A stretch of 64,000 nucleotides of DNA from Camelus ferus. Taxonomy: Eukaryota. Below are positions 13,721-25,439 of this stretch, in pieces. A program made the translations under genes and the position numbers. How positions within the stretch are numbered: the stretch's first letter is position 1; every line of letters starts with the position of its first letter. Where the stretch lies: the NCBI RefSeq assembly GCF_009834535.1, contig NC_045697.1, positions 96,288,001 to 96,352,000 of the forward strand, given 5' to 3'. The notes beneath the pieces were generated by a model that did no database searches, was not told the origin of the DNA, and worked only from the letters and a program-made list of their open reading frames with translations.

Positions 13721-16030
13721 TGTAATGACAGTTTGATTAATAAAAATGTATATACTTATTCATATCATGGCATTTTCAAAATTAGCATATGTAATATGAC
13801 CTCAGAATTAAATGGTCAACTAATTTATTGTATTTACATTATAATTAACCCCTTGCTCATTGTCCTGGCTGGCTGAGTTATGGTGGAGAGAGCAAAAATC
13901 AATATCAAAACAAACAAACAAAAAGGTGTATATGTGTACTTTAGACCATTTGGAAAGTAAAAAATTAAAAATGATATTAACTTCTCACTCTTGTTTTCTA
14001 TTCTGCCTAACTTATATACTTGTCAAAATATATCAAAGATATATTGTGATCTTAATGATGCTACTAAACCAGAGATTGAAACTATGTCTAATGAAACTGT
14101 CAGTGTATTGTTTCTTGAGAGATTTAACAAAGAAAAGAAGAATAAATGCCTTATTGGAAATGCAAAAATCCCTAAAATATAAATGCATAGATTAACTTAA
14201 AGTCCTTTTTGATTTTAACAATTATAAATACCTAGTTAATATTACTTATTTCAGATATTACAAATTTGGGATATGCAAAAAATAAAATTTTAACAATTTA
14301 AAGGAAATATGCTGATAAAATAAACTAATTTAAATATGAAATAAATAAAATAAAATATGCTAAGGCTGTTATTTGTGAAACTAAGTAAACTAATTGCTAT
14401 ACCTTTTTTTACTTTAATATAATTGACAGCTAAATTAATATTCACTTCAAAAACCTGAAAAGGATATTTAATCTTTAATATTCTTAAATATTTGGGGCTC
14501 TCATTGTGAGACTTTTGCCTATGCAAAATTATAACACTGCCAATTTTGGATATAAATAAATTGGAATCAGTCATGAAAAAATAGGATAATAAATGCTGAC
14601 ATAAAGGCTGAGATAAGACTTATTAATCGTATCACTTAGCAACAGCTAATGAGGAGGCCATCATGCCAATTTATCCCTGAAATTATATAATTCAAGTAAA
14701 GTATCCTAGGCAAATTAAAAGCCTTAATGATTATTCATAGAATAACACGGCAGTGTAAAATTGCCCAGTTCATCTTGGAATTGTGGTTTGGTAAAAAAAA
14801 AAGTGACCCTAGAATTATAAATGATGGTAGCAAAATAACATCATGAAAAACTAGTTTGAGATCTTACAAGGAATCAAAAGTAATGTGAATTAAATTTTAT
14901 TTTGGCCCTTTAAGCATGAATTCCCATAGGTGACTTTTATTTCTTATATATATTTTAATGTTATCAGTATCTATAATAGTATCCTTGTTAAAATTTTGGC
15001 TATACGATGCAATTTAGAAGTTTTTGCTAATATTCTGTCAAACTTAGTAGCTGTCGAGGAATTCTTAAATATTTTAAGTAGAAAAAAATGTGTATTCTCT
15101 CTTTTCACCTGTTACATAAAGATCAAAAGCATGTTTGTCTATGTGTGTCTCTAAAGATTCTAAAACTCAGACAATAAATCAAAGACACACTTAAAAAACT
15201 TTTTTCATACATATCACTGACTGAAATCAAGTGTTATGCTTAGCCATTAAGTGCTAATGATGAAGAAATTGGTATTGCAACATATACTTTGAATTAAAGT
15301 AAGCATAGAAATAATTTTTCAAAAGAGCCATGGGATTAAATTTACATTTTCTTTTAATCATGGAATTCATATTTATACTCCTGAAAAATAAATAAGAAGC
15401 AGCAGTAAACAAATTAAGCTTTTTTGCTCTTAGAATATTCAATATAAGTTTTGTGTCTCTATTTTAGATATAATGATCTTTACAAACTATAAGTAAATTT
15501 ATATGTGTTGATTTACTTAAAATCAGATTAAAGTGCCAAGTAATACCTAACTGATATTAAATGTTTACATTGGAGAATAATTATTTTAAAAAGATATATA
15601 GAAGATGTATAGAATATAGAGATATATAGAATCTGATTCTCATCAGATGTATGCTATATAAAACTTGTGGGTCATAGCAATAAAATATTGACAATTGTTT
15701 TGTAGAAAATAAATGTTGCATATTCTACATTTACACTTTGGTACTTTTCAGAATATTATAGTTTAAGAAAAAAATAATGGGCACATGTGTGTTTTAAATT
15801 GCATTTTTCCATTAATGTCTTCTTGTAGAAATGTAATTGTGATACAAAAGAAAAGGATGAATAGAAGAAGTCAATACTGATAATAGACTGGACTTTTAAA
15901 AATAGTGTTAATATGAAAATGAAAAGAGTGTGAAAAAGAAGAGCAGGTGCTTTATAATATAGCTAAGAATATTTAAATGGAGTCAAATTAGGCAATTAGA
16001 AAAAGACAAATCAGAGTTAATGAGCATGTT

Positions 16031-16108
16031 CTTTAATAGAGGTACTATTGAACCCAGGACCGGTACATACTAAGCTTGTGCTCTACCACTGAGCTATATC
16101 CACTCCCC
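16031..16108 (-). mobile_element. Short tRNA-Ala-derived SINE (camelid Vic-1-like), tRNA head only
   Basis: Minus strand reads GGGGAGTGGATATAGCTCAGTGGTAGAGCAC...CCTGGGTTCAATAGTACCTC with box A and a partial box B. Imperfect 13-bp TSD TAATGAGCATGTT (16018-16030) / TAATCAGCATTTT (16109-16121). Confidence 0.85.
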
Positions 16109-17309
16109 TAATCAGCATTTTATAATTAACTGGTGTCTTGTCAAAATAATTGAAGTTGTGGTTGAAGTTGTACTTACTTTCATTGAATACTGTAACATGC
16201 TGCACAACTAAAAAGTGTCATTTTTCCCTAAATTAAACAGAGAATGGAGCATATATATGATATATGATATACTATATATATATCATATATGTGTGTGTAT
16301 ATGTATACATGTATATTTGTCTGGTGTGTCTGTTCATATCTAGACGTAGAGACTACATACTTTTTTCATAGAATATGCGTACACTGTGAGAGAATATGTG
16401 AGCAAGCAAGGGAGTGAGTTAACAACTATTATCTCAATATATTGAACTCAAGAGAAGAGAAAGCTAATGTTTAAAACCCACTTCATAAAAGTACTTTACC
16501 TTATTTACATGAGTTCTTCTGCAAATTTCACTAGCAACTTCTTCCCTGAAACGCTAAACTGAAAAAGGCCACTATAGAATTCTGAGTAAAGTTCAATTTT
16601 TTTTTTTCCCTGATTCAAAATCCATTAATTTCCTTTTCACTCTGTGGGTTCTGCTGACCTTTATAATAATGTGAAAAGTATACCAATAATGAAGGGTAAA
16701 GATAAAATAAGGTTCTAACCTAGAAAGAAATTTGATCATAATTTTTCTCATGTGAAATCAAAACACAGGGCTTAGGTGCCAACTAAATGCTTTTAGATAG
16801 GGGGTATAACTCACGTGAATGAGAACATTTTGCACCAAATTTTTTTTTATCATTCTGCTATTGCTATAATTAAATTTAAATGAATCTTTAATTAAACTTA
16901 AGTGAATCTTTGATCAAATTCAAATAAAACAAAAATTTATCTTATTTACTCATTTATTTATCTGTACTATTCACATTAACATGTATTATCAAGGTAATCA
17001 TATGAAAGTATTAGTAGGAACATTAGACAGGTGAGGAAATTGAGAACCAAAAAAATTTAAATATGTTCTAATGATTTCACCACAATATGACAGTCAATAC
17101 TTAAATCAATATCCTTTGACTTCTACCTAATAATTTTTCCCAAGGACACTGATTCCTAAGTTTTCAGTTTTATTATCACATTTTGTGTTTTATTGTGATT
17201 TATTGCTGTCTGAATATAACTCATTAGTCTGAAGATAACTTATGTACAAACTGAAGGGATAGAATTGGGTGAATTTAAAGATCCTAATCAAAGGGGAACA
17301 TACTATGAT

Positions 17310-17530
17310 AGGCTAACATGTGAAGAGCTACTTCTGTGTATTAGGCCTATTCATACATTGTATCTTTTAATAATATAAATTACAATGTTAAGTATTTTAT
17401 TCTTATCCAAAAGATGAGGTGGAGACTATGAAAAAGGGTATAATTTGCCTAAATTCACATAAACAGTAAGTAGAGGAAAGATTTAAAGCCATGTGTAATT
17501 GACCTCAAAGTCCTCATTCTTTCAATTAAA
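17310..17530 (-). mobile_element. MIR SINE
   Basis: AGATGAGG...AATTTGCCTAAATTCACATAAACAGTAAGTAGAGG...GATTTAAAGCCATG...TGACCTCAAAGTCC is a MIR core-like sequence. Confidence 0.7.
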
Positions 17531-18425
17531 CCATAGAAGTGGCTAAAAAATCATGGCACAAGGTCCCACCCATCAGATTTCTAGCAAAACTTCCTTTTTT
17601 ACAAAAGTTAAATGGAAAAATTTCACGTATAATGTCCAGTTTCAATCTTGAATCTAAATAATAAAAATCACTTGGGCCTGTTTGTGCTTAAACTATTCAG
17701 AAACCATTGCCTCCAAATAAATACTTTTTAGGTGGAGACATTATTCAAAAAAAAAAAAAAACTCTAAAGAAAACCTACATATAACTACTAATCACACAAG
17801 TACAAATAACTGTATTTTCTCAAGAATAAGAATTTCCTAATTTTCTTGACCTTAAAAACAAGTCTAATTTGTCAGTCATGGTCTGTGGAATTCAGTGTTA
17901 CAGATGAGTTAATATTCCAACTTTATCTTTCAATATGCTATCCACTGGTTTTAGGTAATAGATTTTACTGCATATGTAGCCATGATCACTGATAAAAATT
18001 AACATTTAAAAATTAATTTCAAATTCTACTCTATGATTCAGCTGTTTTTAGAATAAGTTGAATTATTTTATTATTGGTTATAACTAGATTTGACCTCTTT
18101 ACAAAAATGACTGAATCCTTTCAAATGTGTTGGCTTCATGTATTGTTGTCCTTTTAGATGAACTTACAGGACTTACTGTTAAGAGTCAAAATAGACTAAA
18201 TTTGGACCTATAGGTTGTACTGGCAACATTGTGCTACTTATCTTGAAGTTATTTTGAATCAGGGAGATGAAGTTATATTGTGCATTGAGCCCTTGGTGAG
18301 GCTAGTTTTTCCATCCTCCTTTCTTTTATCTAAGAGGTAATTTCATCCGTTACTACAGAAGTTCTTGAAGACACATTTGGAAAATATAATTTGGTCCATC
18401 TCAAAATGTATTAATATTGTTGTTT

Positions 18426-18463
<38 letters not shown>
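18426..18463. repeat. (TAG)n microsatellite
   Basis: About 12 perfect TAG units. Confidence 0.97.
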
Positions 18464-18679
18464 AGCCAACAAAAGAGAATATAGATCATTATGTGTGACA
18501 GCATACAATCTTAAGTTGTTTCTTGAGTTCTGAATTTGGGATCTACTAATTATTAAGAAAGCCAGGATGTCACAGAGGGACTGAGATTGTCAGAGGGTGA
18601 GGGCTTTGACCTGTGGTGGTCTCTGGGGTGACAGCATGAGGTCATAGGAATACCATAGACTAGACTCATCACGTTCATC

Positions 18680-18760
18680 ATTTTGTAAGGTTTAAAATAT
18701 TGAATCACTATCTTGTACAAATACAAAATTGTAAGTATTATACATCAATAAAAAGAAGAT
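18680..18760 (+). mobile_element. Short L1 3'-terminal fragment
   Basis: CATTTTGTAAGG...TTGAATCACTATCTTGTAC...CATCAATAAAAAG is a typical L1 3' UTR end. Confidence 0.6.
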
Positions 18761-18774
18761 ATAGAGATTAAACT

Positions 18775-19318
18775 AAAAAAGAAAAGAAAATATGGTGTAT
18801 ATATACAATGGAATGTTACTTTACCATAAAAAATGGAAATCTTGCCATTTACAGCAATACGAGTGGACCTTGAGAGCATTATGCTAAGTGAAATAAGTCA
18901 GAGAAAGGCAAATGCTGCATGATCTCTCTTATAAGTGAAATGAAAAAAAAAACAAAAACCCTGATAGAAATAAAGATCAGATTTGTGATTGCCGAAGTCT
19001 GGGGGTAAGGAATGAGGAGTAAGAGCTACAAATTTCCGGGTTATAAGACAAGTAGCTCCCAGGAATGTAATGTATATGATGACTGTAGTCAACACTGTTG
19101 TATGGTATATTTGAAAGTTGCTAAGAGAGTAAATCCTAAAAGCTCTCATCAAAAGGAAAAAAATTTGTGACAATTTGGTGTGATGGATATTAACTAAATA
19201 TATTGTGGTAATCATTTCAGAATATACATATGCTGAGTCATTATGCTGTACACCTTAAACTTATACAGTGTTCTATGCTAATTATATAACCAATAAAACT
19301 GGAAGAAAAAAATAAAAA
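18775..19318 (+). mobile_element. LINE-1 3' end (L1MA/MB-like): last ORF2 codons, 3' UTR and A-rich tail
   Basis: TATATACAATGGAAT...GCCATTTACAGCAA...GCATTATGCTAAGTGAAATAAGTCAGA...TTGAAAGTTGCTAAGAGAGTAAAT...CAATAAAACTGGAAGAAAAAAATAAAAA. Confidence 0.92.
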
Positions 19319-19319
19319 T

Positions 19320-19938
19320 TGTGGGAGCCCATGATTGGGTTAACAAATTGTAACAGATCCAAGCCGCTTATCTCCTTAAAGAAGATGTGCTTAGTAACTG
19401 CCTTGAGGTTTTAGCAATGACCAAGGCCCCCGGTTATAAACGCTGGGTGTGCCTGCTGTTAGTCTTCTATCCCCAGAACAGCCTTGGGCTGGAATGGTAA
19501 AAAGCTGCAGACTCAGAGGTTAGAAGGCTAGTTAGCCAATGACGGGTAAGATCCCCTGAGGGGGGCAACCTAAGACAGGCACAGCCGCCTGAGTCCAAGT
19601 TGTTAAGCAGCTGATTCTCATACGTTCTGCCCTGATAAGCTGTAAGGCTCAACAAGAACATGATTCACCAAAAGGGTCTTCTGACCTTGAGCCAAACACC
19701 AACAATAAACAAAGCCTTTGTACTCATTGTGATCCCACCCTGTCCTTCCCTAAATTTCTGCATTCCTCCTTTGACTGTACTCAATAAATATGGGAGATTT
19801 GAGAGGCTCAGGGAGTTGGCTTCCCCACCCCCTACACTCCCTCTCGCTCTCTTGACTTTTCCACAGAGTCTTGAGTAATTCATTCCGTCTCGGTGGGACT
19901 TCTGCTGGCCAGAACCCACAACTGGTGACGAACCCACA
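19320..19938 (+). mobile_element. Endogenous retrovirus LTR (601 bp, 19320-19920) followed by a PBS stub and a second LTR terminus
   Basis: Terminal inverted repeats TGTGGG...CCCACA and a GC shift relative to the flanks. AATAAA at 19704 and 19783. TGGTGAC PBS-like start 2 nt after the LTR. AAAAAT lies on the left and AAAAAAT on the right (TSD-like). Confidence 0.88.
19503..19612 (+). promoter_or_regulatory. CTE-like RNA element (half constitutive transport element, putative NXF1/TAP-binding hairpin)
   Basis: AGCCAATGACGGGTAAGA (19534-19551) and CAACCTAAGACAGGCACAGCC (19566-19586) match the MPMV/SRV CTE signature strands as recalled. They pair GCC/GGC and GGGT/ACCT around an AATGAC/AAGACA internal loop, with outer stems GGCT/AGCC, GACTCAG/CTGAGTC and AGCTGC/GCAGCT. 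Confidence 0.85.
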
Positions 19939-20029
19939 AAAAAATAATGGCCAACGTAAAAAAAAAAGAGAGAAAAAAAGTTCTATGTGAACATATATAC
20001 TCCCAATAGGGAGTTTGTTACTCCCAATA

Positions 20030-20470
20030 GGAAATAATTATTGAGCAGAATCCTGAAGAAAGTGTAAAAGTTAGGCAAATAAATGGTGAAGGGCAAAAAC
20101 ATTCTGAGTGTGATCAGGAACTGCCTCAAAGACCATAAGCAAGGACAAACATATGATGTAATCACTGAGCAATGTGGAAGTATTTGTGGGTGTAATCAGG
20201 CATTAATTAGTAAGGAATTTAGGGGTTGACTACCTCTGGAGATTGAAAAAAATTAACCAATGACTTAAGAATATTTGAGGGAAAATGGCATGATTAGAAA
20301 TGCCTTACAGAACTATTTCCGACCTCACTGTGAATAACACTGGGAGGGAGAAAGCTAGAGTAAGTGACCATTAAGATGCTGCTGGAATATGAACTGGACA
20401 TATGGATAGTCTGAACCTAAGAAATAATTGATAGATTGTTGAGATTTAAAGTGGATGTTGGTAATATTTT
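20030..20470 (-). mobile_element. L2 LINE remnant
   Basis: Purine-rich degraded L2-like text (TTGAGCAGAATCCTGAAG...GGCATGATTAGAAATGCCTT...TAAGATGCTGCTGGAAT). Confidence 0.55.
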
Positions 20471-22931
20471 TGGACCTAAGATGAACCTTTAGTTAGTAAT
20501 AATATTTAGTTCTCTATTTTACAGATAAGTAGAATGTGTCAGGGACATTCAGCAATTTCAGAATAGTTATATACCCAGTTAATGGCTAAGACAGCAAGAT
20601 TCCAAACAAATATTCTAATGCTAACTTTAATGTTAAATGGCCTAATTTATTTGAAAGTTCAACACAATGGAAATGTGATATAGCTTCTGAATTGTAGAGG
20701 ATAAACTGGAAGCTCAGAATTGTCCCATGATCTCAGGATAAGAAAATTCTGAGTTTTATTCTCTGTGGCATTCAGCGAGATCAACTGAAATAACTTCTGT
20801 CAACTTGTATCCTGAAATTGAGACAGGTTTTCTTGGATCTCTAATGAGACTTCTCAGGGAGACTCACAAAGGAGTTTTCTAAGAGGGGCTGCCCTGTCTA
20901 TAGGTGTGTGAACTTTGGAGGGCTTCCTTGTTCTGATGAACCCAGAAGATTGGAGAGGGACTAAACGTGTATATTGAATTGTTCCTAGTTCATATGTTTG
21001 AAATAATGCTGCTTCTCCTTGGCCTGTGTCCAGTGAGGCCTATGGAAATGACGGTGGCTGAGGTCAGAGTTTGCAAAGTTAATCCATGCAGACTCACAGG
21101 AGTGAAAATGATGTTTTATCTACCATTTGCTTATTAACCACTGCCTCAGAAAGTCCAACAGTGTGATTTGCTTAAATAATAGGCAACAATATTTATTTTT
21201 AATATTTACAATTAATAGTGAAAATTAAATAGTGACACTGTATTTTGAAGCCAATACACTAATTCAGAAAAAAAGGAGGTTTTTATTAACTCTAGGGAAA
21301 ATTTAATGATCAGTTGAGTAAGGTCACCTTGGTCTTTTAGTAATTATTAGAAGGAAATCATTAAATAAAGATGTTGCTGTTATCACTGTTAGGAAAACAA
21401 TTAGAGAGCACCTAACCTCTCCCTTTCTCAAGTCTACATTACCATCCACATCTCCATCCCATTCACTCTGAAACATCTGAGCCTGAACAGAAGACCATCT
21501 TTTGATTCTGTCTCAAGTCTTTGTTGCTGCAGTTTACTAGTTGAAGAATGTGGACTTTCTTTCTTGTGAAAAAGTGTCAGATTTTTCAAAGGACTGACAA
21601 AGAAAATCTTGATTATAGGGCTTCAAATAGGTTGCTGCATAGGAAATGGTGGACAATTGTGTTCTGACTTCAAGAAAAAGAATTTCCATGTAACATTTTG
21701 TTCTGGAAATTTAAGTTCTTTTTCTCGTATATATACTAAAGAATGAGAAAATTAAATACTTCTGTCTAGGAATGATGATCTCTTTGTGGAGGCAACTAAC
21801 TGACAATAGATTTTATGGTTAATTTTACCATGTCATTGGACATGGATCAATGGGTGCACTTAGCATTAAAGAATCAGGAGGAAGAAAAGAGGCATGTGAT
21901 CTCCAGTTCTTTTATTAACATGGTAATACGTGTGCGATCTATTGGACTTATAGTGGGTTTTCCATTTCTAAGGATGAATCCTGTTTCTCTTGTTATTTTC
22001 TTTTCATGTAGAGTGAATATGAAAGCCATCCCAGTAGGAGAAAAAATAGATTCCTTGGGTACCAGGCTTTTGAGGTTTAAGTACCAGATATTTACAGAAG
22101 GTATCTGAAAACTAGATTCCCCTCATCTGAATAGTTGAGATTTCTCTAGCCAAGGGTATGACGTCTTCAGCATTTAGGTGCAGTGTCTTCCCAAGGGAAA
22201 GGAATAAACCTCTGATTCCTATGCAAACAAGTATATGCTCAGAATCATTTTTGGAAAATCCTGCTTGTCATACCACAAAGTTGTAACTCCTGATCTTCCT
22301 ACAATATCATACCTATGAGCACTTATTACCTTTCTGAAAGAAGAAATACACATACACACACACACACACATATATGTATATATGTGCTTTTGGGTGTTGT
22401 ACCCTTTACATTAGCATCAATGTGCCTCATGGAGTGTTTCTGAAAAATGAAATGCTAAATATAAACATATTTGAAAATCTGTTAAAGGGCAGAACAAATG
22501 GCAGTTATTTTAAGTTTATATGACTAGCTCTTTAGAAACAGAAACCTGTCTTTTCTATACAAACTTTATGTTAGAGAAGTTAATGTCAACATCTAGTCAT
22601 AGGGAAAACAAGAAGATGACCAAATTCTGGAATGTCATCAGAATACCCTGAAGGCTCTTGTCTATGAGTTACACAACTGGCTGGTACTCTTGCCATAGAT
22701 GCATATCAAGAATATTTATTATAAAACTTATTCATAAAATCTCTAACTTTCAATATTGAAGCATCTAACTTGTGGCAAATTAATGTATTTCTTTGATGTG
22801 TATTATAATGAAATATAAAGAGACAGTTCTACTGTATGTAGCATTGACTTGGGGGCAGAAGACAGCCACCTAGATGTTATTCCTTTTCTGATTATTAATT
22901 TTGTCATTCTTAAACTAAGGAAAAGCCTCGA

Positions 22932-23112
22932 TCAGTTGTTCCCAATGTGACTGACCACAATTCATTGCAGGAGCTTTTCTAAAAATCACAATTTTCTAGC
23001 TCCAAATTCAGACTTACTGAGCCATAATCTCTAGGAGGCAGACCTGGGATATCTGTCTCTTTATGAAGATTTTCCATTGAGTTGATGACTGCTTATGCGT
23101 TGAAAGTACTGA
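22932..23112. mobile_element. MER5-like hAT-Charlie MITE
   Basis: Degenerate termini CAGTTGTTCCCAA...TTGAAAGTACTG, internal CAGACTTACTGAGCCATAATCTCTAGGAGG. Confidence 0.65.
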
Positions 23113-23997
23113 ATGAGATCACTAAAGATTCTCCCGACTCTAAACATCTCTGACTTAGCCTACATTTCGTGCAAATCATACAACCACATAGAGAACTTTC
23201 TTCAAAAGAAGTAACACTCAGAATCTCATGTTATTAAAAATACATGAGAAATTTTTTTCTGGTTAAAGGGAGTTGGACTAGCGGCCTTGTTCCACTATCA
23301 GTTTGTGTCTCTAATGCATTCAGAGAAAAGGGCACTCTGCTAGTATGCCTAGGACAAAACCCATTTTTAAATTTAGTTTCTAAGATCTGTCCTTAAATGT
23401 GTAAACAAAGGTGGTTAGTGGTGGGATCAGAATTACGTGATTTCGGATTCTGCAGTCTTTCTGCTGAACCAAGTAAAAAGGGTAAAATCCTAGTGTATTA
23501 AGGTTAGTCATTAATACTAACACTAAGCTGTTTGGAAAATAAAAAAACACACTCAATATATCATGCATTCTTTTTCAAAACTAAGCAACAGATAAAGGCA
23601 GATTAGACTAATGAGAGACTAATTTTTTTTATTCAAAGGAAAATACAGAAAGTTTGTCCACTAACTCTTCATTCTTGCAATTAGATTGTATTATTTTTAC
23701 ATCCATATATCCTTTTAATTGGTACTTTAAATATCTTACCTTCTTAATAAGTAAGTCACAGTGTATTGTATTAGATTTAATTTTTTTAAATAAATGAATG
23801 TGTGCTTTGGTATTTTTCATCACCATGCTTCATTGATTACAGATAAAATTTATATCACATTCTAGTCCTTTTTTTCCTCATTTTTAACATTTGTCTTTTA
23901 ATCTTGACATAATATCTGAAATAAATATAAAATATACTAAGAATAGTCATGATATAATTGTACATTTCTGTTATAATTATATATATAAAATGATATA

Positions 23998-24063
23998 ATT
24001 CTTCAGTGATGTAATTGTATACATTAGTAGATTCTTCACTGATGTAATTGTATACATTCGTAG
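23998..24063. repeat. 33-bp tandem duplication
   Basis: ATTCTTCAGTGATGTAATTGTATACATTAGTAG / ATTCTTCACTGATGTAATTGTATACATTCGTAG (2 mismatches). Confidence 0.95.
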
Positions 24064-24275
24064 AGAAATCCCCCATGTTTTCCAAATGTAGTATGAAAAA
24101 TTATTTATTTATTACTGGAGTATATTCTGGTAGAAGTAGCAAAGACAGGACTCCTGTATTTTAAAAAATTCTTCATTACTTAGGGCAGAATGAAATATTC
24201 AAAGCATAGAAAGATAAACCTCCAAATGGTCTGGAAACTTAAATTATCAAGTGAAAGGTTATTATTATTGAAAAC

Positions 24276-24318
24276 CTACATATTAAAAGAATGTTTGGCT
24301 ACATATTAAAAGAATGTT
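24276..24318. repeat. 23-bp-period tandem duplication
   Basis: CTACATATTAAAAGAATGTT occurs twice, separated by TGG. Confidence 0.95.
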
Positions 24319-25439
24319 AGAAATTTCCAAATTTGGTACTGCAAAGTTTCAAAAGACCAGGAGTGACTAGTTATCTTCAATCTGGTGATAGTGTTTATTC
24401 CCATTCATGTAAAACCTGAAACTCAATAACTTCTCACCTGAAAATATAATGAAATATCCCTTTACATTAAATTGGAATACAAGCAGTGGAGTAATTTTAT
24501 TATAAGAAGTCTTCTTTTTTCTTTCAGATATTTTGTGTTTGATTCAGGGAGTATTCTAATTTAGCCATTTAATCAAAAGTTCTTCAATTGAATGATTTTA
24601 CATATTGTGTGAAAACAAGATAAATGAGTGTTTGTTTCCCTCTTTTCTGTGGCAGTGTCATATTGAAAGGAACTCACATAATCTTGAATTGTAGGAAATA
24701 TATCTCAGTATTATCCTTAAATCAACTTCAGTGAGATCATTTTGAATTATGTGTTAGGATGTCTTTTCTTGATTATTAGTGAATACCTAAGTCAATGATT
24801 GTTATAATAGTCTTTAAATAACATAACTTGTTTGTTCTGGTAATCATTTGTTTATGACAAAAATAGTAAATGTTCAAGAAGACCATTAGAATTGGACATT
24901 TATTTTCAACCTGTTTAACCTAGGAAAACATAAGACAGAATCCCTTATTCTTTCTACTACTTGGATAAAGCTGCTGTCATTTGGGGGGAGATGACAAACC
25001 TCATTTAACAGGTCCTTTTCCGCCAGATGTATCTCAAAGAATAACCCCAAATTAGCAGAAATCACTGTAGTCTTGTATTCAGTTTGGTATTGCTCAAATA
25101 CTATACGTATCACTGCTCAGGTGTCTCTCCACCTCATGGTGACACACGGGGAGAACTGCCAGATACCGGTTGAACTGACTCTTGTTTTGCCTTAAAATTC
25201 TATTGGGACTTGACTTTTGACTTTTGTGGATCATGCAGTGAATTTGGCTCCTTTTGCCTCTCACATTACCTTCCCCTTACAGGAAGTCTGGTTCCAGTCC
25301 CCAAGGGCTGAGGTGCAAAGTTCTTGTCTGCTACTAGTCTGTGCCTCATGCTGTCTCTTATTGAACAGTCTGCCCTAGTGTCTTCTTTCCTCTTCTAACC
25401 ACTGTCTTTGTAGGTTATGTCTTTGTAGGTCTAATATGC

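Noticed and set aside
13860..14574. 94-111-aa ORFs as a possible transposase remnant
   Set aside because: Non-ATG or low-complexity AT-rich frames with no DDE or other motif that I can support.
16031..16108. Functional tRNA-Ala gene
   Set aside because: It has a 5' extension, deletions in the T-arm/acceptor region, mismatched stems and a TSD, so it is a SINE copy.
19467..19937. Short ORFs on both strands within the LTR
   Set aside because: No similarity to retroviral proteins that I can recognise, and such ORFs are expected by chance.
23855..24085. 76-aa ORF with repeated STNVYNYI(S/T)EE motif
   Set aside because: The repeat is just the 33-bp DNA tandem duplication in low-complexity AT-rich sequence, with no other coding signal.
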